Assembly: GCA_965205265.1 (NCBI GenBank)
Contig: CBDBGH010000003.1
Span: 1,440,001-1,504,000, forward strand
Reading direction: 5' to 3'
Origin: Alphaproteobacteria bacterium
GTDB taxonomy: Bacteria > Pseudomonadota > Alphaproteobacteria > Bin95
DNA: 64,000 nt
Shown in pieces: positions 37,038 to 47,359 of this stretch. The first letter of the stretch is position 1. Each line of letters opens with the position of its first letter. The translations under genes and the position numbers were made by a program. The notes beneath the pieces were generated by a model. That model was not told the DNA's origin. It made no database searches and saw nothing but the letters and a program-made list of their open reading frames with translations.

Positions 37038-38669
37038 ATGACCCTCCCGATCCTCCTCCTCGAAGAGGCCCTCGACGCAGCCCGGTCCTATCTGGAAGAG
37101 GCGCGCGGCAGCGTGGCGGCGCGCGTGCAGGCCGGCGGCCGGACCGACCCCGCCGCGCTTGAGCGCGACCAGTTCGCGGCCCACGGTTTCGCCTGGACCG
37201 CGACCTATGTGGCGGGCCTGCGGGAAATGCTCGGCTGGGCGCGGCGGCTGGAAGCGGCGGACAGTCTCACCGGGCTCGACCGTCTTGTACTGCAAGCTGC
37301 CTTCGGGGAATATCTGGCCCAGCTAGCGGGCGGCATCGCCGTCTCGCAGGGGGAAGCGGTCCGGCCCGCGGACCTCGGCCTCGACGACGCGGCATTGCGG
37401 GTTCCCGCCGTCGAGCGCGTCGCAGCCGAGGGCAATTCCAATGCCGTGCGCATGGAAATCGCCGCCCTTCTCGCCGAAGGCCAGAGGCCGTCCGACGGGC
37501 TGGAAGACGAATCGCTCGCTCTCGTGCGCGGCCAGTTACGCCGATTCGCGGACGAACGCATCGTGGGCCCGGCGCATGGATGGCACAGCCGCGACGAGCT
37601 CATCCCGATGCCGGTCGTCGAGGACATGGCGGCAATGGGCGTGTTCGGGCTCACCGTGCCCGAGGAATGGGGCGGGCTCGGGATGGGCAAGGTGGCCATG
37701 TGCGTGGTCACGGAGGAGCTTTCGCGCGGCTATATCGGCGTGGGCTCGCTCGGCACCCGATCGGAGATCGCGGCCGAACTCATCCGGCTCGGCGGCACAG
37801 AGGAGCAGAAGGAACGCTGGCTGCCCGGCATTGCGAGCGGCGCCGTGCTGCCGACCGCCGTGTTCACCGAACCCGATGTCGGCTCGGACCTCGGCGGCGT
37901 GAAGACGCGGGCGGTGCGGAACGGCGGGACTTACCGGGTTTCCGGCGCCAAGACCTGGATCACCCATGCGGCGCGCGCCGACCTGATGACCCTGCTCGCC
38001 CGGACCGATCCCGACAAGCCCGGCTATCGCGGCCTCTCCATGTTCCTTGCGCCGAAAACGCGCGGAAGCGATGACGACCCCTTCCCCGACCCCGGCATCG
38101 ACGGCGGTGAGATTCCCGTGCTCGGCTATCGCGGCATGAAGGAATACGAGATCGGCTTCGATGGCTTCGAGGTGGACGCGGGGGACCTTCTCGGGCGCGA
38201 GGAAGGCCAGGGCTTCAAGCAATTGATGGCGACCTTCGAAAGCGCGCGCATACAGACGGCGGCGCGCTCGGTGGGCGTGGCCGAGCGCGCGATGGAACTG
38301 GCGCTCGACTATGCCGCCGGACGCAGGCAGTTCGGTAAGGCGATCCTGGGCTTCCCGCGCGTTGCGGGCAAGATCGCCTGGATGGCGGTCGAGACCCAGA
38401 TCGCCCGCCAACTCGCCTATTTCGCCGCCCGCGAGAAGGATGGCGGCCGGCGTTGCGATATCGAGGCCGGCATGGCGAAGCTGCTGGCCGCGCGCGCCGC
38501 CTGGGCCAATGCCGACAATGCCGTCCAGGTGCATGGCGGCAATGGATACGCACAGGAATACGAGGTCGGGCGCATCCTTTGCGATGCGCGCATCCTCAAC
38601 ATCTTCGAGGGCGCGGCGGAGATACAGGCCCATGTCATCGCGCGCGGCCTGCTCGAACGCCGGAACTGA
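37038..38669 (+). CDS. mcd: Acyl-CoA dehydrogenase, (2S)-methylsuccinyl-CoA dehydrogenase-like (ethylmalonyl-CoA pathway)
   Basis: N-terminal extension (QFAAHGFAW.ATY), PTAVFTEP..GSDL, VLGYRGMKEYE, TFESARIQTAAR, IFEGAAEIQ. Confidence 0.82.
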   Translation: MTLPILLLEEALDAARSYLEEARGSVAARVQAGGRTDPAALERDQFAAHGFAWTATYVAGLREMLGWARRLEAADSLTGLDRLVLQAAFGEYLAQLAGGIAVSQGEAVRPADLGLDDAALRVPAVERVAAEGNSNAVRMEIAALLAEGQRPSDGLEDESLALVRGQLRRFADERIVGPAHGWHSRDELIPMPVVEDMAAMGVFGLTVPEEWGGLGMGKVAMCVVTEELSRGYIGVGSLGTRSEIAAELIRLGGTEEQKERWLPGIASGAVLPTAVFTEPDVGSDLGGVKTRAVRNGGTYRVSGAKTWITHAARADLMTLLARTDPDKPGYRGLSMFLAPKTRGSDDDPFPDPGIDGGEIPVLGYRGMKEYEIGFDGFEVDAGDLLGREEGQGFKQLMATFESARIQTAARSVGVAERAMELALDYAAGRRQFGKAILGFPRVAGKIAWMAVETQIARQLAYFAAREKDGGRRCDIEAGMAKLLAARAAWANADNAVQVHGGNGYAQEYEVGRILCDARILNIFEGAAEIQAHVIARGLLERRN

Positions 38670-38687
38670 ACGCCCGGAGCATATTGC

Positions 38688-39875
38688 ATGGCACGGATCG
38701 TCATCGTCGGCGCGGGCATAGGCGGCCTCGCCGCATCCCTCGCCCTGGCGAAGCGCGGCGTCGAGGCGCTGGTGCTGGAGCAGGCGCCGCGCATCGAGGC
38801 GGTGGGCGCCGGCATCCAGCTCAGCCCGAACGCCACGCGCATCCTGAACTGGCTCGGCCTGGAAGACGATATGGCCGGGTGGGGTGTCGAGCCGGTCGGG
38901 CTCGCGATCCGCAGCCATGAGGGCGAGATGCTGGTCGAGGCGCCGCTCGGCCGGGACGCCCGCGAGACCTTCGGCTACCCCTACTACCACGCGCATCGCG
39001 CGGACCTGCTGGACGGGCTGCTGAGCCGCCAGCCGCCGGGACGGGTGCGGCTGGGCGCGCAGGTCGTCTCGATGGAGGACGGACGGCTGACGCTTGCAGA
39101 CGGCGAAACCGTTGAAGCCGATATCGTCGTCGGCGCGGACGGCATCCACAGCCCGGTGCGCCGGCATCTCTTCGGCACAGGCAATGCGCGTCAGTCGGGC
39201 TCGGTGGCATGGCGCGCGCTGGTCCCGGCCGAGCGGCTCGCCGATCTCGGCATTCCGCGCGAGTCCGGCGTCTGGTGGGGGCCGGACGCCTGCATGGTGC
39301 GCTACTGGGTTGCTGCCGGTCGGCTGATGAACTGGATCGCCATCGCGCGCACCGACCGGGAGACGCCGGAATCCTGGTCGCGCCTCGGCCGCGTAGAGGA
39401 TGCCGCAGAGGCCATGGCACCTTTCCCGCCCACGGTCACGCGCATGGTCGAACGCACCGGGACCGTGCATGAATGGGCGCTGTTCGACCGGGAGGGCCTG
39501 CCGGCCTGGACGTGCGGGCGGGTAACGCTGCTGGGAGACGCCGCCCACGCCATGATGCCCTATCACGCGCAGGGCGCCGCCATGAGCCTGGAGGATGCCT
39601 GGGTGTTGGCCGGCTGCCTCGAAGAAGACATGGGAGAAGGCGGGCTTGCGCGTTATGAGGCGTTGCGGCGGGACCGCGCCAACCGGGTGCAGGCCTGGTC
39701 GCGCGCGGTCGAACGCCACTGCCTGCTGGCCGACCCTGCCGAAGTAGCGGTTCGCAACGCCAAGCTGGCGAAGGACCGCGCGGACTATCGCGGCGGCTTC
39801 CCGCCCGGACAGATCTGGCTCTACGGCTACGACGCCGAAGCCGCACTGTCGGAGGAATCCGCCATTGCCGGTTGA
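38688..39875 (+). CDS. FAD-dependent monooxygenase (salicylate hydroxylase/NicC-like, group A)
   Basis: GAGIGG, GAGIQ, ADGIHS, LLGDAAH.M.P..AQGA. Confidence 0.9.
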   Translation: MARIVIVGAGIGGLAASLALAKRGVEALVLEQAPRIEAVGAGIQLSPNATRILNWLGLEDDMAGWGVEPVGLAIRSHEGEMLVEAPLGRDARETFGYPYYHAHRADLLDGLLSRQPPGRVRLGAQVVSMEDGRLTLADGETVEADIVVGADGIHSPVRRHLFGTGNARQSGSVAWRALVPAERLADLGIPRESGVWWGPDACMVRYWVAAGRLMNWIAIARTDRETPESWSRLGRVEDAAEAMAPFPPTVTRMVERTGTVHEWALFDREGLPAWTCGRVTLLGDAAHAMMPYHAQGAAMSLEDAWVLAGCLEEDMGEGGLARYEALRRDRANRVQAWSRAVERHCLLADPAEVAVRNAKLAKDRADYRGGFPPGQIWLYGYDAEAALSEESAIAG

Positions 39876-39986
39876 TGCAAGCGGGACGAAGCCTGCCGGT
39901 TGGGTCGGCGGCGCAAATCGGGTGGAAACGCTCGAACGTCTCCGGCATTGTGCAAGATCGGCAGCGTGTCGAAAGGTCTGGGCCGC

Positions 39987-40172
39987 ATGTCCTTCCTGAT
40001 CCCGATTTTCCTCGCCGCAGTGGCGCTTGTCCTCTTCACCGGGATTTTCGGGATGATGCGGGGCGGCAGCTTCAACCGGAAATACGGCAACAAGCTGATG
40101 CAGCTTCGCGTCGGCCTGCAATTCCTCGCCATCATCCTGATCGTCGCGGCGGCGCTGCTGGCCGGCTCCTGA
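39987..40172 (+). CDS. Twin transmembrane helix small protein (HIG1-like)
   Basis: GG.FN.KYGNKLMQLRV.LQ motif; directly upstream of the adenosyltransferase. Confidence 0.85.
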   Translation: MSFLIPIFLAAVALVLFTGIFGMMRGGSFNRKYGNKLMQLRVGLQFLAIILIVAAALLAGS

Positions 40173-40735
40173 TGGTCCGGCTCACGAAGATCTACACGAA
40201 AGGCGGCGACAGGGGGGAGACCTCGCTCGGCAACGGCGCGCGCGTCGCCAAGGACAGCATTCGCGTCGAGGCGTTCGGCGCGGTGGACGAGACCAATGCC
40301 TGCATCGGTCTCGCCCGCCTGCACGCATCGGGCGAGATGGACGACATGCTAGCGCGCATCCAGAATGACCTGTTCGACCTGGGCGCCGACCTCTGCACGC
40401 CGGAAGGCGGCGAACGGCGCACCGGGGCCTTGCGCGTCGTTCCGGAGCAGGTCCAGCGGCTGGAGGCCGAAATCGACGCGATGAACGCGGAGCTCGCGCC
40501 GCTCAACTCCTTCGTGCTGCCGGGCGGGTCGGCGGCGGCGGCGGCGCTGCATCTCGCGCGCACCACGGCCCGGCGGGCGGAGCGCGCCGTGACGGCGCTG
40601 GCCCGCGAGGAGCCCGTGGGCGAAGCCGCGCGGCACTACATGAACCGCCTCTCGGACCATCTCTTCGTCGCCGCCCGTCTGGCCAACGACAAGGGCGCCG
40701 CCGATATCCTCTGGGTGCCCGGCGCGAACCGGTGA
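40172..40735 (+). CDS. Cob(I)alamin adenosyltransferase, PduO type
   Basis: KIYTKGGD.GET, G.VDE.N, IQNDLFDLGADL, ARRAER, NRLSD. Confidence 0.95.
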   Translation: MVRLTKIYTKGGDRGETSLGNGARVAKDSIRVEAFGAVDETNACIGLARLHASGEMDDMLARIQNDLFDLGADLCTPEGGERRTGALRVVPEQVQRLEAEIDAMNAELAPLNSFVLPGGSAAAAALHLARTTARRAERAVTALAREEPVGEAARHYMNRLSDHLFVAARLANDKGAADILWVPGANR

Positions 40736-40755
40736 GGCCGTCGCCGGACGGTCGG

Positions 40756-41292
40756 TCAGTTCCCCTGCTTCCGGACCATCACGCGCCTTAGCGCCTTCCT
40801 CGCATAGTCCCAGTCGGGGCGGATGGCGAGCGAGCGCTCGTAGTCGGCGAGCGCCTCATCCAGCTGCCCCATTTCGGCCTTGAGGTCGCCGCGCACCTTG
40901 TAGGCGCGCCAGAGCTCCACCTGGCCGAGCGCGATGCTCTCGTCGAAATCGGCGAGCGCGCTTTCCAGTTCCCCCATGCGCCACTTGGCGACGCCGCGAT
41001 TGTGGAAGGCCTCGCCGTATTCCGGGCGCAATCCGATCGCCTCGTCGAAATCGGCGACCGCCTCCTTGTAGGCCCCGGTCTCGATCTGCGCCGTGCCGCG
41101 CTTGAAGAGCCCCCTTGCGCGGTCCTCCGGCGCTTCGAACAGGCCGCCTTCCAGCGCGCGCGTGCAATGCAGCACATTCGCCGAGGGCGCGCCGCCGCCC
41201 GCCATGCAGAGCATCTTGTCCCAGGAGTCCGCGGCCAGCGCCGGCCCCGCGGACAAGAGCAGCAAGAGCGCGAGTCCGGTCCTAGCGGCCAT
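40756..41292 (-). CDS. Secreted tetratricopeptide repeat protein
   Basis: Signal peptide; three TPR units (A.ADFDEAI.L.P...EAF.NRG). Confidence 0.85.
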   Translation of the reverse strand: MAARTGLALLLLLSAGPALAADSWDKMLCMAGGGAPSANVLHCTRALEGGLFEAPEDRARGLFKRGTAQIETGAYKEAVADFDEAIGLRPEYGEAFHNRGVAKWRMGELESALADFDESIALGQVELWRAYKVRGDLKAEMGQLDEALADYERSLAIRPDWDYARKALRRVMVRKQGN

Positions 41293-42427
41293 GGCGCATA
41301 TGCCTTGCGATGATTGTGCGCTGGATCTGGCTGGTGCCGCCGCCGATGGTCGCCTGCATGCCTTCGCGGAAATAGCGCTCCATGTCGGCCTCCGGCGTGG
41401 TGCCGATGCCGCCCATGATCTGCACGCCCTGGCGAGAGACCTCCTGCAGGGTCTCGGATGCGAACAGCTTCGCCATCGCCGCTTCCTTCGGGCACGGACC
41501 TCCACCATTCGCCGCCGCAGCGGCGCGGTAGGTCAGAAGCCGCGCTGCATCGACCCTGGTCTGCATGTCGGCCAGCATATGCCGAATGACCTGGAAATCG
41601 AAGATCGGTTGGCCGAATTGCTCGCGCGCGCCGGCGTAGCCGCAGGCATCGTCCACGGCCTGCTGCGCGCAGCCGACATAGCCGGCCGCGATGGATATGC
41701 GCTCCAGCTCCAGATGTTCGGTCATGATATGCCAGCCTTGGCCTTCCCCGCCGAGCAGGGCATGGCCGGGCAGTCGGACATCGTCGAAGAAGATCGTGTT
41801 GGAGCCTGTGGCCCGGCGGGCGAGCGCCTCGACCTTGTGGACGGTCACACCCGGCGCATCGTTCGGGATCAGCAACACCGAGAGGCCGTCATGCCGGGCG
41901 GAGCCCGCCTCCGTGCGCACCAGCGCGCAGAGCACCGCGCCCTTCGCACCGCCGCCCGAGTTCCAGAGCTTCTGCCCGTTCACTACCCATTCGTTGCCGT
42001 CCAGCCGGGCGCGGGTGCGGGCATTGGCGGCGTCGGAACCCGCCTGCGGCTCCGAGAGGGAGATGACGAAGCGCATCTCGCCGGCCAGGAACGGCTCGAT
42101 ATAGCGCGCCACCTGCTCCGGCGTGCCGTGGTGGACGATATTCTGGGCGGTGAACATCGGCACCATCAGCGCCGTGGCGAAATCCGGGCCGTAGCGCGCC
42201 AGTGCTTCGCACATCAGCGCGTAGGAGAAGATGTCGCCGCCCTGCCCGCCCTGCTCTTCCGGCACCAGCAGGCCGATCCAGCCCTGCGAGACGATCTTCG
42301 CGTAACCCTCATAAGGATATTCGCGGTTGCGGTCCTTCTCGCGGACATAGTCGCGGCCGACCTCTTCCTCCATGAAGCGGAAGACGGTCTCGCGCCACAT
42401 TTCCTGTTCGGGGGTCAGGAAATCCAT
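41282..42427 (-). CDS. Acyl-CoA dehydrogenase family protein
   Basis: SLSEPQAGSD, NGQKLW, R.QFGQPI..FQ, IGGGTSQIQR. Confidence 0.93.
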   Translation of the reverse strand: MDFLTPEQEMWRETVFRFMEEEVGRDYVREKDRNREYPYEGYAKIVSQGWIGLLVPEEQGGQGGDIFSYALMCEALARYGPDFATALMVPMFTAQNIVHHGTPEQVARYIEPFLAGEMRFVISLSEPQAGSDAANARTRARLDGNEWVVNGQKLWNSGGGAKGAVLCALVRTEAGSARHDGLSVLLIPNDAPGVTVHKVEALARRATGSNTIFFDDVRLPGHALLGGEGQGWHIMTEHLELERISIAAGYVGCAQQAVDDACGYAGAREQFGQPIFDFQVIRHMLADMQTRVDAARLLTYRAAAAANGGGPCPKEAAMAKLFASETLQEVSRQGVQIMGGIGTTPEADMERYFREGMQATIGGGTSQIQRTIIARHMRHGR

Positions 42428-42449
42428 CGGCGGGAGCTCCGGTCAAACC

Positions 42450-43601
42450 CTAATTGACGACGAGTTCGGTGGAAGCGTGGGTCATCGGCTCGTTGCCGGT
42501 TTCCGTCACGACGGTCGTGGTGCCGGTGGTCGCGGCGAGACCGGCCTGGCTGTCGAAAATGATGATGTGGATGAAGAACACCATGCCGGGCACAGCGAGT
42601 GTCGGATTGCCGCGATAGAACATCGGGCTGTCCATCCACACCGGCGCGAAGGTGGCGCCCAGCGAATAGCCGCAGGCGTTCATGCGGTGCCCGGCGAGGC
42701 CGTGCGCGTCCAGCACGCGGGCATGGGCGTCGAACACCTCGCCCACCGGCCGGCCGGGCTTCAGCGCCTCCCGGCAGGCGGCCAGCGCCTCGACCGCGGC
42801 ATTGTGGAGGAAACGCTGGCGCTCCGGCGGCGGGCCGATGCGGATCGTGCGCATCAGGCACGCATGGTAGTGCCGCCAGGTGCCGGCGAACTCCAGCATC
42901 AGTTGATCGTCGGCATCCAGGTGCCGCCTGCCGCTGTAGTAGCGGCACATGAGCGCGCCGGGGCCGGAGCCGATGACCGTCTCGTTCGCCGGCTCGTCGC
43001 CGCCGGCCCGCCAGACCGCGCCCTGCATCGCCGCCAGGATGTCTCCCTCGAACGCGCCCGGCCGCGCGAGCCGCACGGCTTCGTCCCAGGCGCGGTCGGC
43101 AAGCTCCCCCGCCTTGCGCACATAGCCGAGCTCCGCCGGGCTCTTGACCATGCGCAGCCGGTCCACCAGCCCGGAAGCGTCCCCCAGCTCGACAAAGCCC
43201 TCCAGCGCATCGCGGAGCCGGAAGCCGAGGGCCGCCGGAAGCCCGTAGGCGAGCCACTCCACGCCAAGCCGCCCGCCGGCGACGCCGAACTCCGCCAGCA
43301 TCGCCTTCAGGTCCGTCTCGGGCCGGGCGTCGGCCGCGTCCTCCCAGATGCGTATGTCTTCGAGCACCGAGGTGAACTCGGCCTGGCGAAGGTCCGGCGC
43401 GCGGGTCAGCAGCGCCGTCCGCCCATCGGCGCCGAGCCAGAGGCACTGGAAGAAGCAGAAGCCGAACGTGTCGTAGCCGGTCAGGTAGAACATGCTCTCC
43501 TGCTTGAAGATCAGCAGGCCGTCGAACCCGGCTGCCGCCGCCGCCTCGGCCGCGGCGCGCTGCCTGGCCGCGAATTCTTCCTCGCTGAAATGGATGTGCA
43601 T
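42450..43601 (-). CDS. M24 (Xaa-Pro peptidase/creatinase fold) hydrolase
   Basis: Creatinase_N (F..EE..AR, YLTGY), R.VKSPAE, pita-bread domain with altered metal ligands. Confidence 0.85.
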   Translation of the reverse strand: MHIHFSEEEFAARQRAAAEAAAAAGFDGLLIFKQESMFYLTGYDTFGFCFFQCLWLGADGRTALLTRAPDLRQAEFTSVLEDIRIWEDAADARPETDLKAMLAEFGVAGGRLGVEWLAYGLPAALGFRLRDALEGFVELGDASGLVDRLRMVKSPAELGYVRKAGELADRAWDEAVRLARPGAFEGDILAAMQGAVWRAGGDEPANETVIGSGPGALMCRYYSGRRHLDADDQLMLEFAGTWRHYHACLMRTIRIGPPPERQRFLHNAAVEALAACREALKPGRPVGEVFDAHARVLDAHGLAGHRMNACGYSLGATFAPVWMDSPMFYRGNPTLAVPGMVFFIHIIIFDSQAGLAATTGTTTVVTETGNEPMTHASTELVVN

Positions 43602-43694
43602 GCCGCGTCCCTCGCTTTCCTGTCCGCCCTCGCGCATCATGGCATGAAGAGCTGCCCCGATGACAAGGCGGGCCGACAGGGGAGAGCAGGGACG

Positions 43695-45413
43695 ATGGCG
43701 AGCGAACGGGCCGAAACGGTCGCAACCCGGGATATGGCCGTGGCCGGACACCAGCTTGCGGCGAGCGCGGCGTTCTCCGTGCTGGAGGCCGGCGGCAACG
43801 CCATCGACGCGGGCGTAGCCGGCGGGCTGGCGCTCGGCATTCTCGAGAGCGACCTCGTCAGTGTCGCGGGCGTTGCGCCGATCATGGTCTATAGCGCGGA
43901 AACGCAGCAGGTCGTTACCATCTCGGGTCTCGGCTGGTGGCCGAAAGCGGCGGATATCGAGCATTTCCGGCGCAAATACGGCGGCGCGATCCCGAACGGC
44001 GTGCTGAGGACGGTCGTGCCGGCTGCTCCGGACGCCTGGATCACAGCGCTGGGGCTCTGGGGCCGGATGAGCTTCGGCGAAGTGGCGAGCGCGGCGATCC
44101 GCTACGCCCGCGACGGCTTTCCTATGTATCCGCTGATGGAGCGCATCATCTCGGAGCATGAGGCCGAGTTCCGCGCCGCGCCGGACACCGCCGCGATCTT
44201 CCTGCCCGGCGGGCGGCCGCCCCGGACCGGCGAGCTTTTCTTCCAGAAGGAAGGGGCGGCCGCGCTGCAATACATGGCCGACGAGGAAGCCGCCGCGGCG
44301 CGGCGGGGCGGGCGCAAGGCCGGGCTCGCGGCCGCCCGGGACGCCTTCTACAAGGGCGACATCGCCCGGCGCATCGCCGAGTGGCAGGCTGCCGAAGGCG
44401 GCTGGATGACGCGCGAGGACCTCGCGTCCTTCCGCGTCGGCATAGAGGAGCCGGTGCGCGGCCGGTTCGGCAATGCGGATGTCTATGCCTGCGGGCCCTG
44501 GTGCCAGGGGCCCGCGCTGATCGAGGTGCTGAACATCCTCGGCGGCTACGACCTCCGCGAACTCGGCCACAACAGCGCCGATGCCGTGCATGTCTCGGTC
44601 GAGGCGGTGAAGCTCGCCATGGCGGACCGGGATGCGTGGCTCGGAGACCCGCGCTTCGTGGACGTGCCGACCGACACGCTCGCGTCGGAGGCTTACGCCG
44701 CGCTTCGCCGGGCGGAGATCGACATGGGCCGCGCCATGCCCGAAATGCCGCTTCCGGGCGATGCCGGCTCGCGCTTCAGGGTCCCCGCAGCGCCGGTGCC
44801 GACGCGGGAGCCCGAAGTCGCGCCGCTGGACACCTCCTATGTCTGCGTCGTGGACGAGGAAGGCAATGTGTTCTCGGCCACGCCCTCCGACGGTTCCTAT
44901 GGCGGCACGGTGGCGCCGGGCGTCGGCCTCGCGGTCTCTTCGCGCGGCTGCCAGTCCTGGACCGACCCGGCGCATGCCTCGGCCCTCGCTCCCGGCAAGC
45001 GCCCGCGCCTGACGCCGAACCCGGCGCTCGCCGTGCTGGACGGCGGAACGCGCTTCGTGCCTTTCGGCACGCCCGGCGGCGATGTCCAGACGCAGGCGAT
45101 GTCGCAATGCCTGATGAACCTCACGGTCCACGGCATGTCCGCCCAGGAAGCCGTCTCCGCGCCCCGCTATGCCAGCTACAGCTTCCCGTCTTCCTTCGAG
45201 CCGCACGCCTATTATCCGGGGTTGCTGAAGCTGGAAGGCGCCATCGCGGACGAGGCCGGCGACGAACTCGCGCGGCGGGGCCACGAGATCGAACGGTGGC
45301 CGGAGCGCATCTGGCTTGCGGGTTCGGTCTGCATGATCGACGCCGACAGCGAGCGCGGCGTGATGACCGGCGGCGCCGACCCCCGCCGCATGGCCTGCGC
45401 CGTCGGCGCGTGA
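43695..45413 (+). CDS. Gamma-glutamyltransferase family protein
   Basis: GGNAIDA, A..YARDGF, FYKGDIA, DTSY.CVVD (Thr nucleophile), PGKRP, GTPGG, ADPRR. Confidence 0.93.
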   Translation: MASERAETVATRDMAVAGHQLAASAAFSVLEAGGNAIDAGVAGGLALGILESDLVSVAGVAPIMVYSAETQQVVTISGLGWWPKAADIEHFRRKYGGAIPNGVLRTVVPAAPDAWITALGLWGRMSFGEVASAAIRYARDGFPMYPLMERIISEHEAEFRAAPDTAAIFLPGGRPPRTGELFFQKEGAAALQYMADEEAAAARRGGRKAGLAAARDAFYKGDIARRIAEWQAAEGGWMTREDLASFRVGIEEPVRGRFGNADVYACGPWCQGPALIEVLNILGGYDLRELGHNSADAVHVSVEAVKLAMADRDAWLGDPRFVDVPTDTLASEAYAALRRAEIDMGRAMPEMPLPGDAGSRFRVPAAPVPTREPEVAPLDTSYVCVVDEEGNVFSATPSDGSYGGTVAPGVGLAVSSRGCQSWTDPAHASALAPGKRPRLTPNPALAVLDGGTRFVPFGTPGGDVQTQAMSQCLMNLTVHGMSAQEAVSAPRYASYSFPSSFEPHAYYPGLLKLEGAIADEAGDELARRGHEIERWPERIWLAGSVCMIDADSERGVMTGGADPRRMACAVGA

Positions 45414-45465
45414 CCGGCGCGAACGGACACCGGGCCCCACCAATCCTGAACCGGCGAGCGACATC

Positions 45466-46521
45466 ATGGCCTTAGCAACGCGGCAAGGCGCCAACGCGCC
45501 GCGCATCAATCTCTACAGCGACACACAGACCCTGCCGACGCCGGAAATGCGCCAGGCGATGGCCGAAGCGCCGGTGGGCGACGAACAATCCTTCGCCGAC
45601 CCGAGCGTCAATGCCCTTTGCGAACGGGTGGCGGCGCTGCTCGACAAGGAAGCGGCCGTGTTCCTTCCTTCGGGCACGATGTGCAACGAAATTTCCGTCC
45701 GGGTCCATTGCCGGCCCGGCGACGAGGTGATCGCCGAAGCGTCCTGCCACATACTGAACTTCGAGGGCGGCGGGCCGGCGGCGCTTTCCGGCGTGCAGAT
45801 CGCACCGATAGCGGGAGAGCGCGGCATCTACACGGCGGCGCAGGCCGAAGCCGCAATCCGTCCGGAGCACCGCTATGCGCCCCGGTCCGCGCTGCTGGAG
45901 GTCGAGAACACGGCCAATATGGGCGGCGGCTCCGTCTGGCCGCTCGAGGCCGTGCAGGCAGTGACGGATGTCGCCCGCGCGCACGGCCTTGCGACCCATC
46001 TGGACGGGGCGCGGCTGCCGAATGCGGTCGTGGCCTCCGGCACCGCCGCCGCCGACTACGCCGCCTGCTTCGACAGCGCATGGATCGACCTCAGCAAGGG
46101 GCTCGGCTGCCCCGTGGGTGCGGTGCTTGCCGGCTCGACCGCCTTCATCGACGAGGTCTGGCGCTGGAAGCAGCGCATGGGCGGCGCCATGCGGCAGGCC
46201 GGAATCGTCGCTGCCGCCGGCCTTCATGCGCTCGACCGGCATTGGGACCGGCTGGCCGAGGACCACGCCAATGCCGCCCTGCTGGCCGATGCGCTCGCGC
46301 GGATAGACGGGATCTCGGTCGAGCCCTGCGAGACCAACATCCTGTTCTTCGACGTGGGCGGCACCGGGCGGACCGCCGCCGACATTGCCGAGCGTGCAGG
46401 CGCGGCGGGCCTGCGCATCGGCGCGATGGGTCCGACACGGATGCGCGCCGTGACTCATCTGGATGTCAGCCGCACGGATTGCGAGGAAGCCGCCCGCATC
46501 CTCGCCGAGGCGGCGGCATGA
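45466..46521 (+). CDS. ltaE: Low-specificity L-threonine aldolase family (PLP)
   Basis: SDT.T.PT..M, VGD, PSGTMCN, HLDGAR, LSKGLG.PVG. Confidence 0.9.
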   Translation: MALATRQGANAPRINLYSDTQTLPTPEMRQAMAEAPVGDEQSFADPSVNALCERVAALLDKEAAVFLPSGTMCNEISVRVHCRPGDEVIAEASCHILNFEGGGPAALSGVQIAPIAGERGIYTAAQAEAAIRPEHRYAPRSALLEVENTANMGGGSVWPLEAVQAVTDVARAHGLATHLDGARLPNAVVASGTAAADYAACFDSAWIDLSKGLGCPVGAVLAGSTAFIDEVWRWKQRMGGAMRQAGIVAAAGLHALDRHWDRLAEDHANAALLADALARIDGISVEPCETNILFFDVGGTGRTAADIAERAGAAGLRIGAMGPTRMRAVTHLDVSRTDCEEAARILAEAAA

Positions 46522-47342
46522 GCTTCGATCCGGACGCCTTCAAGGCGTTCGAGCGCGCGGGCTGGAACCGGCAGGCCGCCGGCTATCGGGCCGTTTCCTG
46601 GGACTCGACGCGCCTCGGCCTCGGGCCTGTGCTCGACGCCGCCGGCGTCAGGGCCGGCATGGATGTATTGGACGTGGCGACGGGCCCCGGATACGGCGCG
46701 GCGCTGGCCGCCGGGCGCGGCGCGCGGGCGACCGGCGTGGATTTTGCCGCGGCCATGGTGGAAGAGGCGCAGCGCAACTTCCCCGAGGCCGGGTTCCGCG
46801 AGGGCGACGCCGAGGCCCTGCCCTTCGGGGACGGGAGCTTCGACGCCGTCACCTGCTCCTTCGGCATGCTGCATTTCGCCAGGCCGGAGCGCGCGGTCGC
46901 GGAGGCGTTCCGGGTATTGCGGCCGGGCGGGCGCTACGCGTTCTCCGCTTGGTGTACGGCGGACAGGGTGGCGCATTTCGGCATGTTCCGCCGCGCCGTC
47001 TCGGCCCACGGGGATCCTCATGCCGGCGGCATCCCCGAGGGGCCGGAGATGTTCCGCTTCGCGGATCCGGGGGAATGCGCCCGCGTCCTGGAAACGGCAG
47101 GCTTCCGGAAGACGAAGGTGGAGGAAATCGTCATTCGCCGCCGTGTTTCTCCGGAGGCGCTGGTCGAGGGGCTGCGGCACGCTACGGTGCGCTCCCGTGC
47201 GCTGCTCGACGCACAGACGCCCGAGGCCCGCGCCGCCATAGAAGCCTCCGTGCTGGCGGAAGCCCGCGCCATGGCCGGCCCCGACGGCATACTCGACCTC
47301 TCCCTTCCCGCCGTTCTCGCCTCGGGAACGAGGGCGGGCTAG
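46518..47342 (+). CDS. Class I SAM-dependent methyltransferase
   Basis: VLDVATGPG, GDAEALPF.D.SFD, RVLRPGG. Confidence 0.92.
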   Translation: MSFDPDAFKAFERAGWNRQAAGYRAVSWDSTRLGLGPVLDAAGVRAGMDVLDVATGPGYGAALAAGRGARATGVDFAAAMVEEAQRNFPEAGFREGDAEALPFGDGSFDAVTCSFGMLHFARPERAVAEAFRVLRPGGRYAFSAWCTADRVAHFGMFRRAVSAHGDPHAGGIPEGPEMFRFADPGECARVLETAGFRKTKVEEIVIRRRVSPEALVEGLRHATVRSRALLDAQTPEARAAIEASVLAEARAMAGPDGILDLSLPAVLASGTRAG

Positions 47343-47359
47343 GATGACGAGCCTGTAGA

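Noticed and set aside
42372-45509. Apparent 1013-aa and 1019-aa overlapping giant ORFs
   Set aside because: Each is a real gene (GGT from 43695; M24 from 43601) extended upstream through the antisense of the other; not true fusions.
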